DNA of 32,000 nucleotides, from contig CAZAXU010000013.1 in the NCBI GenBank assembly GCA_964489245.1, positions 13,790 through 45,789 of the forward strand. The letters are read 5' to 3'. Both the position numbers and the translations under genes were made by a program. Each line of letters starts with the position of its first letter. Within the stretch, counting starts at the first letter, position 1. Shown here piece by piece: positions 9,808 to 17,686 of the stretch. Source of the stretch: an uncultured Flavobacteriaceae bacterium. Lineage in GTDB: Bacteria; Bacteroidota; Bacteroidia; Flavobacteriales; Flavobacteriaceae. The notes under the pieces are model-generated. The model saw nothing but the letters and a program-made list of their open reading frames with translations. It searched no databases and was not told where the DNA came from.

Positions 9808-10695
9808 ATGCATTTACAAAAGAATGATTTGGTTGCTTTGGTTGCTCCGGCGGGTTCATTGTCAGATGATATTGCAGTTAGAAATGCTCAAAAATTACTT
9901 TCTGATTGGGGATTAAAGAGCATGCTTGGAAAGAATGTGCTCAAGCAATCCGGTCATTTTGCAGGAACAGATATAGAACGCTTAAGAGATTTGCAAGATG
10001 CGCTGGATAATCAGGACGTGAAAATGATTTGGGCGCTTCGAGGAGGCTATGGGACTAATAGAATTGTTGATGAATTGAACTTTTCCGAATTCAAAAAACA
10101 TCCCAAATATATAGTGGGTTTTTCAGATATCACGATTTTGCATAGCAAGCTGCATAACTTGGGTTTTCAAAGCATACACGCTCTGATGCCCGTCGGTTTG
10201 AAAGATAATATTTCTCAAGACGTGTTGCAGCAAACCAAGAATGCTTTTTTTGGCAGTCCGGTGCAATATGTTTTTTCAAAAAATATAAAAAATAAAAATA
10301 CAGAAAATATAAAAGGGATTATTGTCGGTGGGAATCTGGCAAATTTATACAGCTTGCTCGGAACAAATTTGGATATTGAAACCAAGGACAAAATTTTGTT
10401 GATTGAAGATATAGGAGAGCAATTGTATCAAATTGACCGAATGATAATCAGCATGAAAAAAGCGGGAAAATTAGAAAATCTAAAAGCTCTTTTTGTAGGG
10501 AGATTCACAGATATTCCTGATAATAATCCCGAATTTGGAAAAACCTATCAAGAAATTATTCTGGAACACACACAAACTTATGACTATCCGGTGATTTTTG
10601 ATGTTCCGGTCGGGCATATTGCAGATAATTATCCTGTTATTTTTGGAAAGGAAGTGAGATTGAGCGTCGGTAAAAATTTGAAAATAAGTTTTTGA
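9808..10695 (+). CDS. ldcA: LD-carboxypeptidase (peptidase S66, muramoyltetrapeptide carboxypeptidase-like)
   Basis: 295 aa with the S66 catalytic triad context: GFSDIT (Ser), IEDIGE (Glu), PVGHI (His). Confidence 0.85.
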   Translation: MHLQKNDLVALVAPAGSLSDDIAVRNAQKLLSDWGLKSMLGKNVLKQSGHFAGTDIERLRDLQDALDNQDVKMIWALRGGYGTNRIVDELNFSEFKKHPKYIVGFSDITILHSKLHNLGFQSIHALMPVGLKDNISQDVLQQTKNAFFGSPVQYVFSKNIKNKNTENIKGIIVGGNLANLYSLLGTNLDIETKDKILLIEDIGEQLYQIDRMIISMKKAGKLENLKALFVGRFTDIPDNNPEFGKTYQEIILEHTQTYDYPVIFDVPVGHIADNYPVIFGKEVRLSVGKNLKISF

Positions 10696-10698
10696 TAC

Positions 10699-11955
10699 CT
10701 ATTTGGCGTATTCTGTTTTGACCAATTTATATAATTTGTCTGCCGGGCGAATTTTGTCTTTAATTTTGATGGATAGAATATCTCCTTTTCGGGCTTTTGT
10801 TCCCGGCTGGTCGTTTACATACATTTCTTTGATTTCATATTCAATCACTCCGGTTGTCGGTCCGGTAATCAACAATTTTTCTCCCACGGAAATATCAAAA
10901 GCTTCGATTTTGAATTCGGCAACTTTTGCTTTTGGATAATAATGCTGTCCTTTTCCGATATAAATCTTTTTTTGCGTAGCATGGGAGCCGGGAGTTGTCC
11001 ATTCTCCGAGTTTTTGCCCCAAGTAGTAGCCACTCCAGAATCCACGATTATAAACCGTAGAAAGTCGGTCAATCCATATATCGATTCTTTCTTTTGTAAA
11101 AGATTTGTCATAAAGAGCATCAATGGCTTCTCTATAGGTTTTTACGGTGGTTGCCACATATTCGGGAGCACGCCCTCGCCCCTCAATTTTTAGAACTTTT
11201 ACGCCGCAGTCTTTGATTTCGTCCAGAAAGTTGAGCACCATCAAGTCTTTCGGAGACATGATATATTCGTTGTCTATTTCGAGTTCGATTCCGGATTCCT
11301 TGTCGATTACGAGATAGGGTTTTCTGCAGTTTTGTTTGCAGGCACCTCTGTTGGCGGATGAATTATAAGTGTGCAAACTCATGTGGCATTTTCCGGAGAT
11401 TGCCATACAAAGTGCACCATGCCCGAAAATTTCAATTTCTATCAATTTGCCCGAAGGACCTTTGATCTGTTGTTTCTCAATTTCAGTGGTGATATGTTTC
11501 ACTTGGCGCAGGCTTAATTCTCGGCTTAGCACCATAGTGTCGGCGAATTGAGCATAGAATTTCAGTGTTTCTACATTGGTGATATTGATTTGTGTGGAGA
11601 TATGCACTTCCAGACCGGCCTCACGTGCCATGAACATAACGGCTTGGTCTGCAACAATAACAGCGCTTACGTGTGCATTTTTAGCAGCTTGAATCAATTT
11701 TTTTGCCATGAGTAAATCATGATCATAAATAACTGTGTTCAGCGTGAGATAAGAACGCACGCCGTTTGTTTCACATTGTTTGACCACCTCGGGCAAGTCT
11801 TCCAAAGTAAAATTAATGCTTGATACGGCACGCATATTCAATTGTTCTACGCCAAAATAAACAGAATCCGCTCCGTTGTTTATGGCTGCCTGTAGGGCTT
11901 CAAATCCTCCGGCGGGCGCCATTAACTCTATTTTCTCACTTTTCCGCATAAACAT
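10699..11955 (-). CDS. U32-family protein (annotated 'peptidase U32'; probable Fe-S dependent hydroxylase type)
   Basis: ELMAPAGGFEALQAAINNGADSVYFG is the classic U32 N-terminus. Cys188/195/211/215 (track numbering) form CX6CX15CX3C. The track start at 11970 is TTG and overlaps a -7 box; ATG at 11955 (MFMRK) or 11949 (MRK) is more likely. Confidence 0.85.
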   Translation of the reverse strand: MFMRKSEKIELMAPAGGFEALQAAINNGADSVYFGVEQLNMRAVSSINFTLEDLPEVVKQCETNGVRSYLTLNTVIYDHDLLMAKKLIQAAKNAHVSAVIVADQAVMFMAREAGLEVHISTQINITNVETLKFYAQFADTMVLSRELSLRQVKHITTEIEKQQIKGPSGKLIEIEIFGHGALCMAISGKCHMSLHTYNSSANRGACKQNCRKPYLVIDKESGIELEIDNEYIMSPKDLMVLNFLDEIKDCGVKVLKIEGRGRAPEYVATTVKTYREAIDALYDKSFTKERIDIWIDRLSTVYNRGFWSGYYLGQKLGEWTTPGSHATQKKIYIGKGQHYYPKAKVAEFKIEAFDISVGEKLLITGPTTGVIEYEIKEMYVNDQPGTKARKGDILSIKIKDKIRPADKLYKLVKTEYAK

Positions 11956-11967
11956 TTTTTGAGAAGG

Positions 11968-11975
11968 CAAAGGTA
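11968..11975 (-). promoter_or_regulatory. -7 promoter box TACCTTTG for the U32 gene
   Basis: The reverse strand reads TACCTTTG, 12 nt upstream of the ATG at 11955. This implies a very short leader and argues against the TTG start at 11970. Confidence 0.5.
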
Positions 11976-12038
11976 GACATTTTTTTTAGTGTGATTTTTA
12001 TCTTACTTTTATGCGAAATTATTAAAATAAGAAACAAA

Positions 12039-13262
12039 ATGAAAAAATATTTATGGCTGTTGGGAGCCTTGTTCCTGTTTCAAACATCGTGGTCTCAATT
12101 CAAGAAAGGAGAAACATTCACGAACAAAGACGGAAGTGATTATAAGTTTACGGTGATTAGACATCTCGAAGATACATCCGTAAAAAATCAAAATAGAACC
12201 GGAACTTGTTGGAGCTTTTCCAGTATGTCTTTTTTTGAATCGGAATTGCTCAGGAAAGGAAAAGGAGTATTTGATCTTTCTGAAATGTGGGTAGCGAGAA
12301 ATGCCTATTTGGGAAAAGCAATGAACTATTTAAGGATGGGAGGACATGCCAATTTTGGTCCCGGAGGAGAATTTCACGATATTCCGTGGGTTGCCAAAAG
12401 ATATGGTTTGGTTCCCGAGTCGGCATATTCCGGAAGGGCCTATGGTGGAGATGCGCACAATCATGCAGAGTTGCAAGCGGTTTTGAAAGGCATGGTAGAT
12501 GCTCTTAATAAAAAACCCCAAAACAAGAGGTTGACAAAAGTATGGAAAAAAGCTTATATGAATGTGGTGGACGCTTACTTGGGAGACGTGCCTGAGGATA
12601 CGGAAAATTTCAAATTCAATTATAAAGGGAAACAATATACACCCAAAACATTTGCCGATTTTTTGGATATCGATATGGATGATTATGTGGAGCTTACATC
12701 TTTCACGCATCACCCTTATTATACACGGTTTGCCTTGGAAATTCCCGATAATTGGCAAATGGCAACTGCCTACAATATTCCGTTGGATGAATTTATGAGC
12801 GTGGCAGAAAATGCCATTATGAAAGGCTATACTTTTGCTTGGGGCGCTGATGTGTCTGAAAAAGGATTCTCACACAGAAACGCCTTGGCAATCATGCCTG
12901 TTGATGAAAAGAGTGTACAGGACAGGAAATCCAAGGATAAGTTTTTTAAGGAGAACGGAAAGAAAATACCAAACGGTTATCTGCAACCCGTGAAGGAAAA
13001 GTGGGTGACTCCGGAAGAAAAGCAAGAAGCCTATGAAGATGGGAGAACAACTGATGACCACGGGATGCATATCGTGGGGATTGTCAAAGATCAAACCGGA
13101 AAGAAATATTTTGTGGTGAAAAATTCTTGGGGGACAAAATTTAATAAACTGAATGGTTATTTTCTGAGTTCTTTTTCATTTTTTAGATATAAATCTATCG
13201 CTATAATGATGCATAAAGATGTTTTATCTAAATCCTTGAGAAAAAAATTGAAAATAGATTAA
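12039..13262 (+). CDS. pepC: Aminopeptidase C / bleomycin-hydrolase-type cysteine peptidase (C1B) with signal peptide
   Basis: Catalytic Cys in QNRTGTCWSFS, His in DDHGMHIVG, Asn in VKNSWG. The track start at 11991 is GTG. The ATG at 12039 gives a clean signal peptide, MKKYLWLLGALFLFQTSWSQ. Confidence 0.85.
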   Translation: MKKYLWLLGALFLFQTSWSQFKKGETFTNKDGSDYKFTVIRHLEDTSVKNQNRTGTCWSFSSMSFFESELLRKGKGVFDLSEMWVARNAYLGKAMNYLRMGGHANFGPGGEFHDIPWVAKRYGLVPESAYSGRAYGGDAHNHAELQAVLKGMVDALNKKPQNKRLTKVWKKAYMNVVDAYLGDVPEDTENFKFNYKGKQYTPKTFADFLDIDMDDYVELTSFTHHPYYTRFALEIPDNWQMATAYNIPLDEFMSVAENAIMKGYTFAWGADVSEKGFSHRNALAIMPVDEKSVQDRKSKDKFFKENGKKIPNGYLQPVKEKWVTPEEKQEAYEDGRTTDDHGMHIVGIVKDQTGKKYFVVKNSWGTKFNKLNGYFLSSFSFFRYKSIAIMMHKDVLSKSLRKKLKID

Positions 13263-13273
13263 TAAGATTTTGC

Positions 13274-13281
13274 TACTTTTG
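13274..13281 (+). promoter_or_regulatory. -7 promoter box TACTTTTG for the 153-aa gene
   Basis: Exact TAnnTTTG, 37 nt upstream of the ATG at 13319. Confidence 0.5.
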
Positions 13282-13318
13282 CGCATTAAATATCAAAAAA
13301 TCATAAAAATATAAACAG

Positions 13319-13780
13319 ATGAAAAAAATATTATTGATTATTGCATTTGTAGCAACAACATATTTCACGAATGCACAAACGGCTTATGAGTATAAAATTG
13401 TAACTAGTGTCGAATCCATTGTTCCAATGGGAATTGGTCGTTCACGTATTTTAGATTACAACGTTGAGGCAGACTATAAGGCAGCAACCAGTATCAGAAA
13501 TGAAGAAAATAACTTTAAGAAAAATAAGGTTAAAAGAAAGTCTCTGAAGATAAGCAGTTTTGACGAAACGAAACTCTTAAATTTCTACAGTATGATGGGA
13601 ATTAATTTTCAGAATATTGCATCAAATGATGCGCTAATTTCCAATAAGCTCACGGAAATGTCTAAAGAAGGCTGGGAACTTTTTAATGTTTTCAGCGGTG
13701 TTGAAAGTGACGCCGGAAAAGGCGATGGAAAAGGAATCTATATCACAAGATTTATCTTTAGGAGACCGCTCAAAAAATAA
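13319..13780 (+). CDS. Small secreted protein of unknown function (153 aa)
   Basis: Signal peptide MKKILLIIAFVATTYFTNAQ. It has its own promoter box and a downstream hairpin. The C-terminal EGWELFNV segment recalls small DUF4177-like domains, but I cannot confirm that. Confidence 0.65.
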   Translation: MKKILLIIAFVATTYFTNAQTAYEYKIVTSVESIVPMGIGRSRILDYNVEADYKAATSIRNEENNFKKNKVKRKSLKISSFDETKLLNFYSMMGINFQNIASNDALISNKLTEMSKEGWELFNVFSGVESDAGKGDGKGIYITRFIFRRPLKK

Positions 13781-13785
13781 ACGTT

Positions 13786-13819
13786 AATCTCCGAAGCAGC
13801 CAGGGCTGCCTCGGAGATT
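13786..13819 (+). terminator. Strong GC-rich hairpin after the 153-aa gene (probable terminator)
   Basis: AATCTCCGAAGCAGCC / GGCTGCCTCGGAGATT: 15 of 16 positions pair, with a tiny loop. It starts 6 nt after the stop. The + strand has no downstream U-tract; a T-run follows only on the opposite strand. Confidence 0.5.
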
Positions 13820-13850
13820 AAAAAATAATGATATTGTGAGATAAAAATCT

Positions 13851-13858
13851 TACCTTTG
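13851..13858 (+). promoter_or_regulatory. -7 promoter box TACCTTTG for the GHMP kinase / UbiA operon
   Basis: Exact TAnnTTTG, 22 nt upstream of the ATG at 13881. Confidence 0.55.
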
Positions 13859-13880
13859 TTTTAATAATAATACGGTATCA

Positions 13881-14819
13881 ATGAAAAAAGGACCGCTTTT
13901 TTACGCAAAAATTCTACTGTTTGGAGAGTATGGCATCATTAAAAACTCTAAGGGTTTAGCCATTCCTTTCAACCACTATGAAGGAGGACTTCAGCTGGGA
14001 GATTTGAACGAGAAACGAGTACAAAAGTCTAATGAAAAAATCAAAGATTTTTTGAATTATCTCAAAAAAGAGCAACAAAAACAGCCTGATTTGTTGCAGT
14101 TTGATTTGAAGCGTTTTGATGATGATTTATCCAAAGGTCTTTTTTTTAATTCAACAATCCCTGAAGGCTACGGCGTTGGAAGTTCGGGAGCTTTAGTGGC
14201 TTCTGTCTATGAGCGCTATGCAACACATAAAACAACGGTGTTGGAAAATCTGACCAGAGATAAGCTCTTGAAGTTGAAAGAAACTTTTGCGGCAATGGAA
14301 AGCTTTTTTCACGGAAAGAGTTCGGGCTTAGATCCTTTGAACAGTTATTTGAGCATTCCAATTTTGATTCAATCTCAAAAAGAAATTGAAGCCACGGGCA
14401 TTCCGTCACAAAAAGATGGTGCGGGAGCAATTTTCTTGATAGATTCCGGACAGATTGGTGAAACAGGTTCAATGGTGAGTATTTTTATGGAAAAACTCAA
14501 AAATGAAGGTTTCAGGAAATCTTTGAAAGGAGAATTTATAAAATATACAGATGCCTGCGTACACGATTTTCTGGAAGGAGATGTAAAATCTCTTTTCGGG
14601 AATTTGAAACACCTGTCATCAACGGTATTAAAGAATTTCAAACCGATGATTCCCAATCATATGCTCGATATCTGGAAAAACGGAATAGAGTCCGATGACT
14701 ATTATCTTAAGCTTTGCGGTTCGGGAGGCGGAGGATATATTTTAGGCTTTGCCGAAGATTTTGAAAAGGTAAAAGAGCAACTCAAAGAATATAAACTCCA
14801 AGTGGTTTATAGATTCTAA
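13881..14819 (+). CDS. GHMP-family kinase, probable mevalonate (or phosphomevalonate) kinase
   Basis: 312 aa. N-terminal KILLFGEYGIIKNSKGLAIP, the GHMP ATP motif PEGYGVGSSGALVAS, and C-terminal LCGSGGGGY. Confidence 0.75.
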   Translation: MKKGPLFYAKILLFGEYGIIKNSKGLAIPFNHYEGGLQLGDLNEKRVQKSNEKIKDFLNYLKKEQQKQPDLLQFDLKRFDDDLSKGLFFNSTIPEGYGVGSSGALVASVYERYATHKTTVLENLTRDKLLKLKETFAAMESFFHGKSSGLDPLNSYLSIPILIQSQKEIEATGIPSQKDGAGAIFLIDSGQIGETGSMVSIFMEKLKNEGFRKSLKGEFIKYTDACVHDFLEGDVKSLFGNLKHLSSTVLKNFKPMIPNHMLDIWKNGIESDDYYLKLCGSGGGGYILGFAEDFEKVKEQLKEYKLQVVYRF

Positions 14820-14825
14820 CACAAG

Positions 14826-15707
14826 GTGAAAAATAATTTGTCAATTCGGAGTATAAGCAAGAAAATAATCAGTCTGTTTTCTCTTATGCGGGTGCAAAAT
14901 GTGCTACTGATTGTTATTGCCTTTTTAATTGCCGCGAAATATATTTTTGTGCCAAAAACTTCATTCAGGGGGCTACTGTGTGATTTAAATTTCATTTTGC
15001 TTATCATGGCAACCGCCATTACGGTTGCTTCCGGATATATCATCAATAACTTTTATGATTTTAAAAAAGATTTAATCAACAGACCTCAAAAAACAATTTT
15101 AGAACAAGAAGTAGATCAAAAAAAACGACTTTATCTCTATTTTTTCTTTAATTTTTTAGCAGTTGCTTTGGCGGGAATTATTTCATTTCGTGCCGCTGCC
15201 TTCTTCAGTGTATATATATTTTCAATATGGTTTTATTCACATAAGATTAAATCATATACTTTTTTAGCAAATCTGATGGCTGCAGTTTTGAGTATTATGC
15301 CGTTTTTTGCCATTTTTCTTTTTTTTAAACAATTCAGTCACTTCATTTTTTGGCATAGTGTGTTTCTGTTTCTGTTGTTGTTTATTAAAGAACTGGTTAA
15401 AAACTTCGTTAATCTGAAAGGGGACTTGATAGAAAATAACAGAAGCATTCCTATAGAATATGGAGAGAAAAAAGCAAAAAACCTGATTATATTGGTTAGT
15501 TTATTACTGCTTATCCCGATTTATATTCTCATCGGTTTTGAGATTATAGGAAACATGAAATACTATTTTATTTTGTTTCTGTTGATATATTCAGTTGGAC
15601 TAATTCAATTTTATAACAGCAAAAAAAACTATCATGTATTCTATGCGTTGATAAAATTATTAATGTTTATAGGTGTTTTCAGTGTGATGTTGGTCAATGT
15701 GAAATAG
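14826..15707 (+). CDS. UbiA-family polyprenyltransferase (DGGGP-synthase-like)
   Basis: 293 aa with ~8-9 TM helices and an Asp-rich motif NNFYDFKKD (the NDxxDxxxD type). GTG start 7 nt after the kinase stop; ATG at 14886 (MRVQNVLL) is an alternative start. Confidence 0.8.
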   Translation: MKNNLSIRSISKKIISLFSLMRVQNVLLIVIAFLIAAKYIFVPKTSFRGLLCDLNFILLIMATAITVASGYIINNFYDFKKDLINRPQKTILEQEVDQKKRLYLYFFFNFLAVALAGIISFRAAAFFSVYIFSIWFYSHKIKSYTFLANLMAAVLSIMPFFAIFLFFKQFSHFIFWHSVFLFLLLFIKELVKNFVNLKGDLIENNRSIPIEYGEKKAKNLIILVSLLLLIPIYILIGFEIIGNMKYYFILFLLIYSVGLIQFYNSKKNYHVFYALIKLLMFIGVFSVMLVNVK

Positions 15708-15708
15708 C

Positions 15709-16413
15709 CTATAAAAAACTATTATCTTCAAAAGCGGTTCCCACCACAACAATATCGGCACCTTTTTCAAAGGCAATTTCCATTTGTTTTCTTGTTCTGA
15801 TTCCTCCTCCGACAATCACCGGAATTTGAAGGTTTTTTGAAATGGCTCGGATGGTTCTTTTCGGAACAGGTTCTTTGGCACCGCTTCCGGCTTCAAGATA
15901 AATCAATTTCATTCCTAACATTTCTCCCGCCAAGGCTGTAGCCAAGGCAATTTGCGGTTTGTTTCTCGGAATGGGTTTTGTTTGACTCACATATTCAACA
16001 GCTGTGGTATGCCCGTTTTCAATTAAAATATATCCGGTTGAAATCACTTCCAAATTTGTTTGTGCCAAAAAAGGAGCGGCAATCACTTGGTGTCCGATTA
16101 AATAATCGGGGTTCCTTCCGGAAATTAGACTTAAAAACAAAATGCCATCGGCATAACCGGATATTTGTTGAGGATCTCCAGGAAATAAAATAATGGGCAA
16201 ATCCGTATACTTTTTAAATCTTTTAATGATTTTGTCAATCTTGTTTTGCTGAACGATACTGCCTCCCAGAAAAATATAGTCTGCTCCCGTATGTATAATT
16301 TTTTGTGCAAGATTCCGAATCTCATTTTTTTTGACGTAATCCGGATCTAACAAAATAGCCAAAGATTTTTTGTTTTTCTTTTTGTTTTTCAAGATTTGCC
16401 CGTAGATATCCAT
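15709..16413 (-). CDS. Geranylgeranylglyceryl-phosphate synthase family (GGGPS/PcrB) TIM-barrel enzyme
   Basis: AILLDPD, GGS, LISGRNPDYLIG, YLEAGSGA and VGGGIR...VVVGTA match the GGGPS/PcrB signature regions. The track start at 16449 is GTG. The ATG at 16413 (MDIYGQILK) fits family N-termini better; ATG at 16443 is also possible. Confidence 0.85.
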   Translation of the reverse strand: MDIYGQILKNKKKNKKSLAILLDPDYVKKNEIRNLAQKIIHTGADYIFLGGSIVQQNKIDKIIKRFKKYTDLPIILFPGDPQQISGYADGILFLSLISGRNPDYLIGHQVIAAPFLAQTNLEVISTGYILIENGHTTAVEYVSQTKPIPRNKPQIALATALAGEMLGMKLIYLEAGSGAKEPVPKRTIRAISKNLQIPVIVGGGIRTRKQMEIAFEKGADIVVVGTAFEDNSFL

Positions 16414-16497
16414 TTGAATTATTTTGCATACAATAATACGCATTTTCACAAGAATTATAAAATCTGTTTTATGGATATTTGTTTGACATAAAAATTC

Positions 16498-16505
16498 TAT
16501 TTTTG
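16498..16505 (+). promoter_or_regulatory. -7 promoter box TATTTTTG for holB
   Basis: Exact TAnnTTTG ending 6 nt before the ATG at 16512. This implies a leaderless or near-leaderless mRNA and argues against the TTG track start at 16479. Confidence 0.45.
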
Positions 16506-16511
16506 CATAAG

Positions 16512-17654
16512 ATGAATTTCGAACAAATTATAGGACAACAATTTCTGAAAAATTATTTTCAAAAAATAATTGCAAAAGACCGTGTGCCGCACACACAACT
16601 TTTTGTTGGCAAAGAAGGTTCGGGAACGCTGCCAATGGCTTTGGCTTTTGCGCAAGAACTGCTTTGCGGGCAGCAAGAGAATTGCAAACATAAGGTTCAA
16701 AAATTGATTCACCCTGATTTGAATTTCATTTTTCCATCGGTTTCAACCGATAGTGTAAGAAAGCCGAGTAGCGATCTTTTTTCAAAAGAATGGAGAGAAT
16801 TTTTGATGCAAAATCCTTATGCAAATTTATTTGATTGGATGAAATTTTTGGAGGTGGAAAATAAACAGGGAATGATTCGGGTGCAAGATGCAGAAAATAT
16901 TATTAAGAAAACGGCAATCAAACCCTATGAAGCCGAATACAAAGTTTTTATCATTTGGATGATTGAAAAAATGAATTTGGAAACTGCCAATAAAATTTTG
17001 AAGATTCTGGAAGAACCTCCCGCCGACACTAAATTTATTTTGATTTCAGAAAAAAAAGATTTAATACTGCCCACAATACTATCGCGTTGTCAAATACAAT
17101 ATTTCAATTCATTGACAATATCTGATGTCAAAGATGCGCTCAAAAATCGTTTTGAGCTGAGTGAAGACGAAGCTTTTAAAATAGCTTATCAATCCAATGG
17201 AAATTGGAACAAAGCATTGAAATTGAATCCGGAAAGCTTAAGTAAAAACTTGGCAGACAATGAATTTCAGAAGAAATTTATCACTTGGGTTCGTGTGGCA
17301 TTTTCAGCAAAAAAAGATAAAAAAGCCATTCAAAAACTCATCGGTTGGTCAGAAGAGATGGCAGGAATTGGCAGAGAAGCGCAAAAAAAGTTTTTGTTGT
17401 TTGCCATGGAAACTTTTAGGCAAGCCATGCTAATCAATTATCAAACAAAGGATTTGGCTTATCTGGATTTTTCAAAACAAGGATTTGAAATTAAAAAACT
17501 AGCGCCTTTTGTGCATGGGAGCAATATCCCCGAGATTTATGAAGAATTGAATGATGCCATTTTTCATATTGAGAGAAACGGCAATCCAAAACTGATTTTT
17601 TTAGACCTCTCCATTGCTTTGACAAAAATGATACATAAAGCTGAAAAGCTATGA
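16512..17654 (+). CDS. holB: DNA polymerase III delta' subunit (clamp-loader AAA+ protein)
   Basis: MNFEQIIGQ...PHTQLFVGKEGSGTLPMALAFAQELLC (degenerate Walker A, typical of delta'), LKILEEPP (sensor region) and LSRCQ (SRC motif). Confidence 0.85.
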   Translation: MNFEQIIGQQFLKNYFQKIIAKDRVPHTQLFVGKEGSGTLPMALAFAQELLCGQQENCKHKVQKLIHPDLNFIFPSVSTDSVRKPSSDLFSKEWREFLMQNPYANLFDWMKFLEVENKQGMIRVQDAENIIKKTAIKPYEAEYKVFIIWMIEKMNLETANKILKILEEPPADTKFILISEKKDLILPTILSRCQIQYFNSLTISDVKDALKNRFELSEDEAFKIAYQSNGNWNKALKLNPESLSKNLADNEFQKKFITWVRVAFSAKKDKKAIQKLIGWSEEMAGIGREAQKKFLLFAMETFRQAMLINYQTKDLAYLDFSKQGFEIKKLAPFVHGSNIPEIYEELNDAIFHIERNGNPKLIFLDLSIALTKMIHKAEKL

Positions 17655-17678
17655 TTTCTCTGATTGACTAAGGATTTG

Positions 17679-17686
17679 TATCTTTG
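17679..17686 (+). promoter_or_regulatory. -7 promoter box TATCTTTG starting a long leader
   Basis: Exact TAnnTTTG, 25 nt after the holB stop. The next start codon is 233 nt downstream at 17920. Confidence 0.45.
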
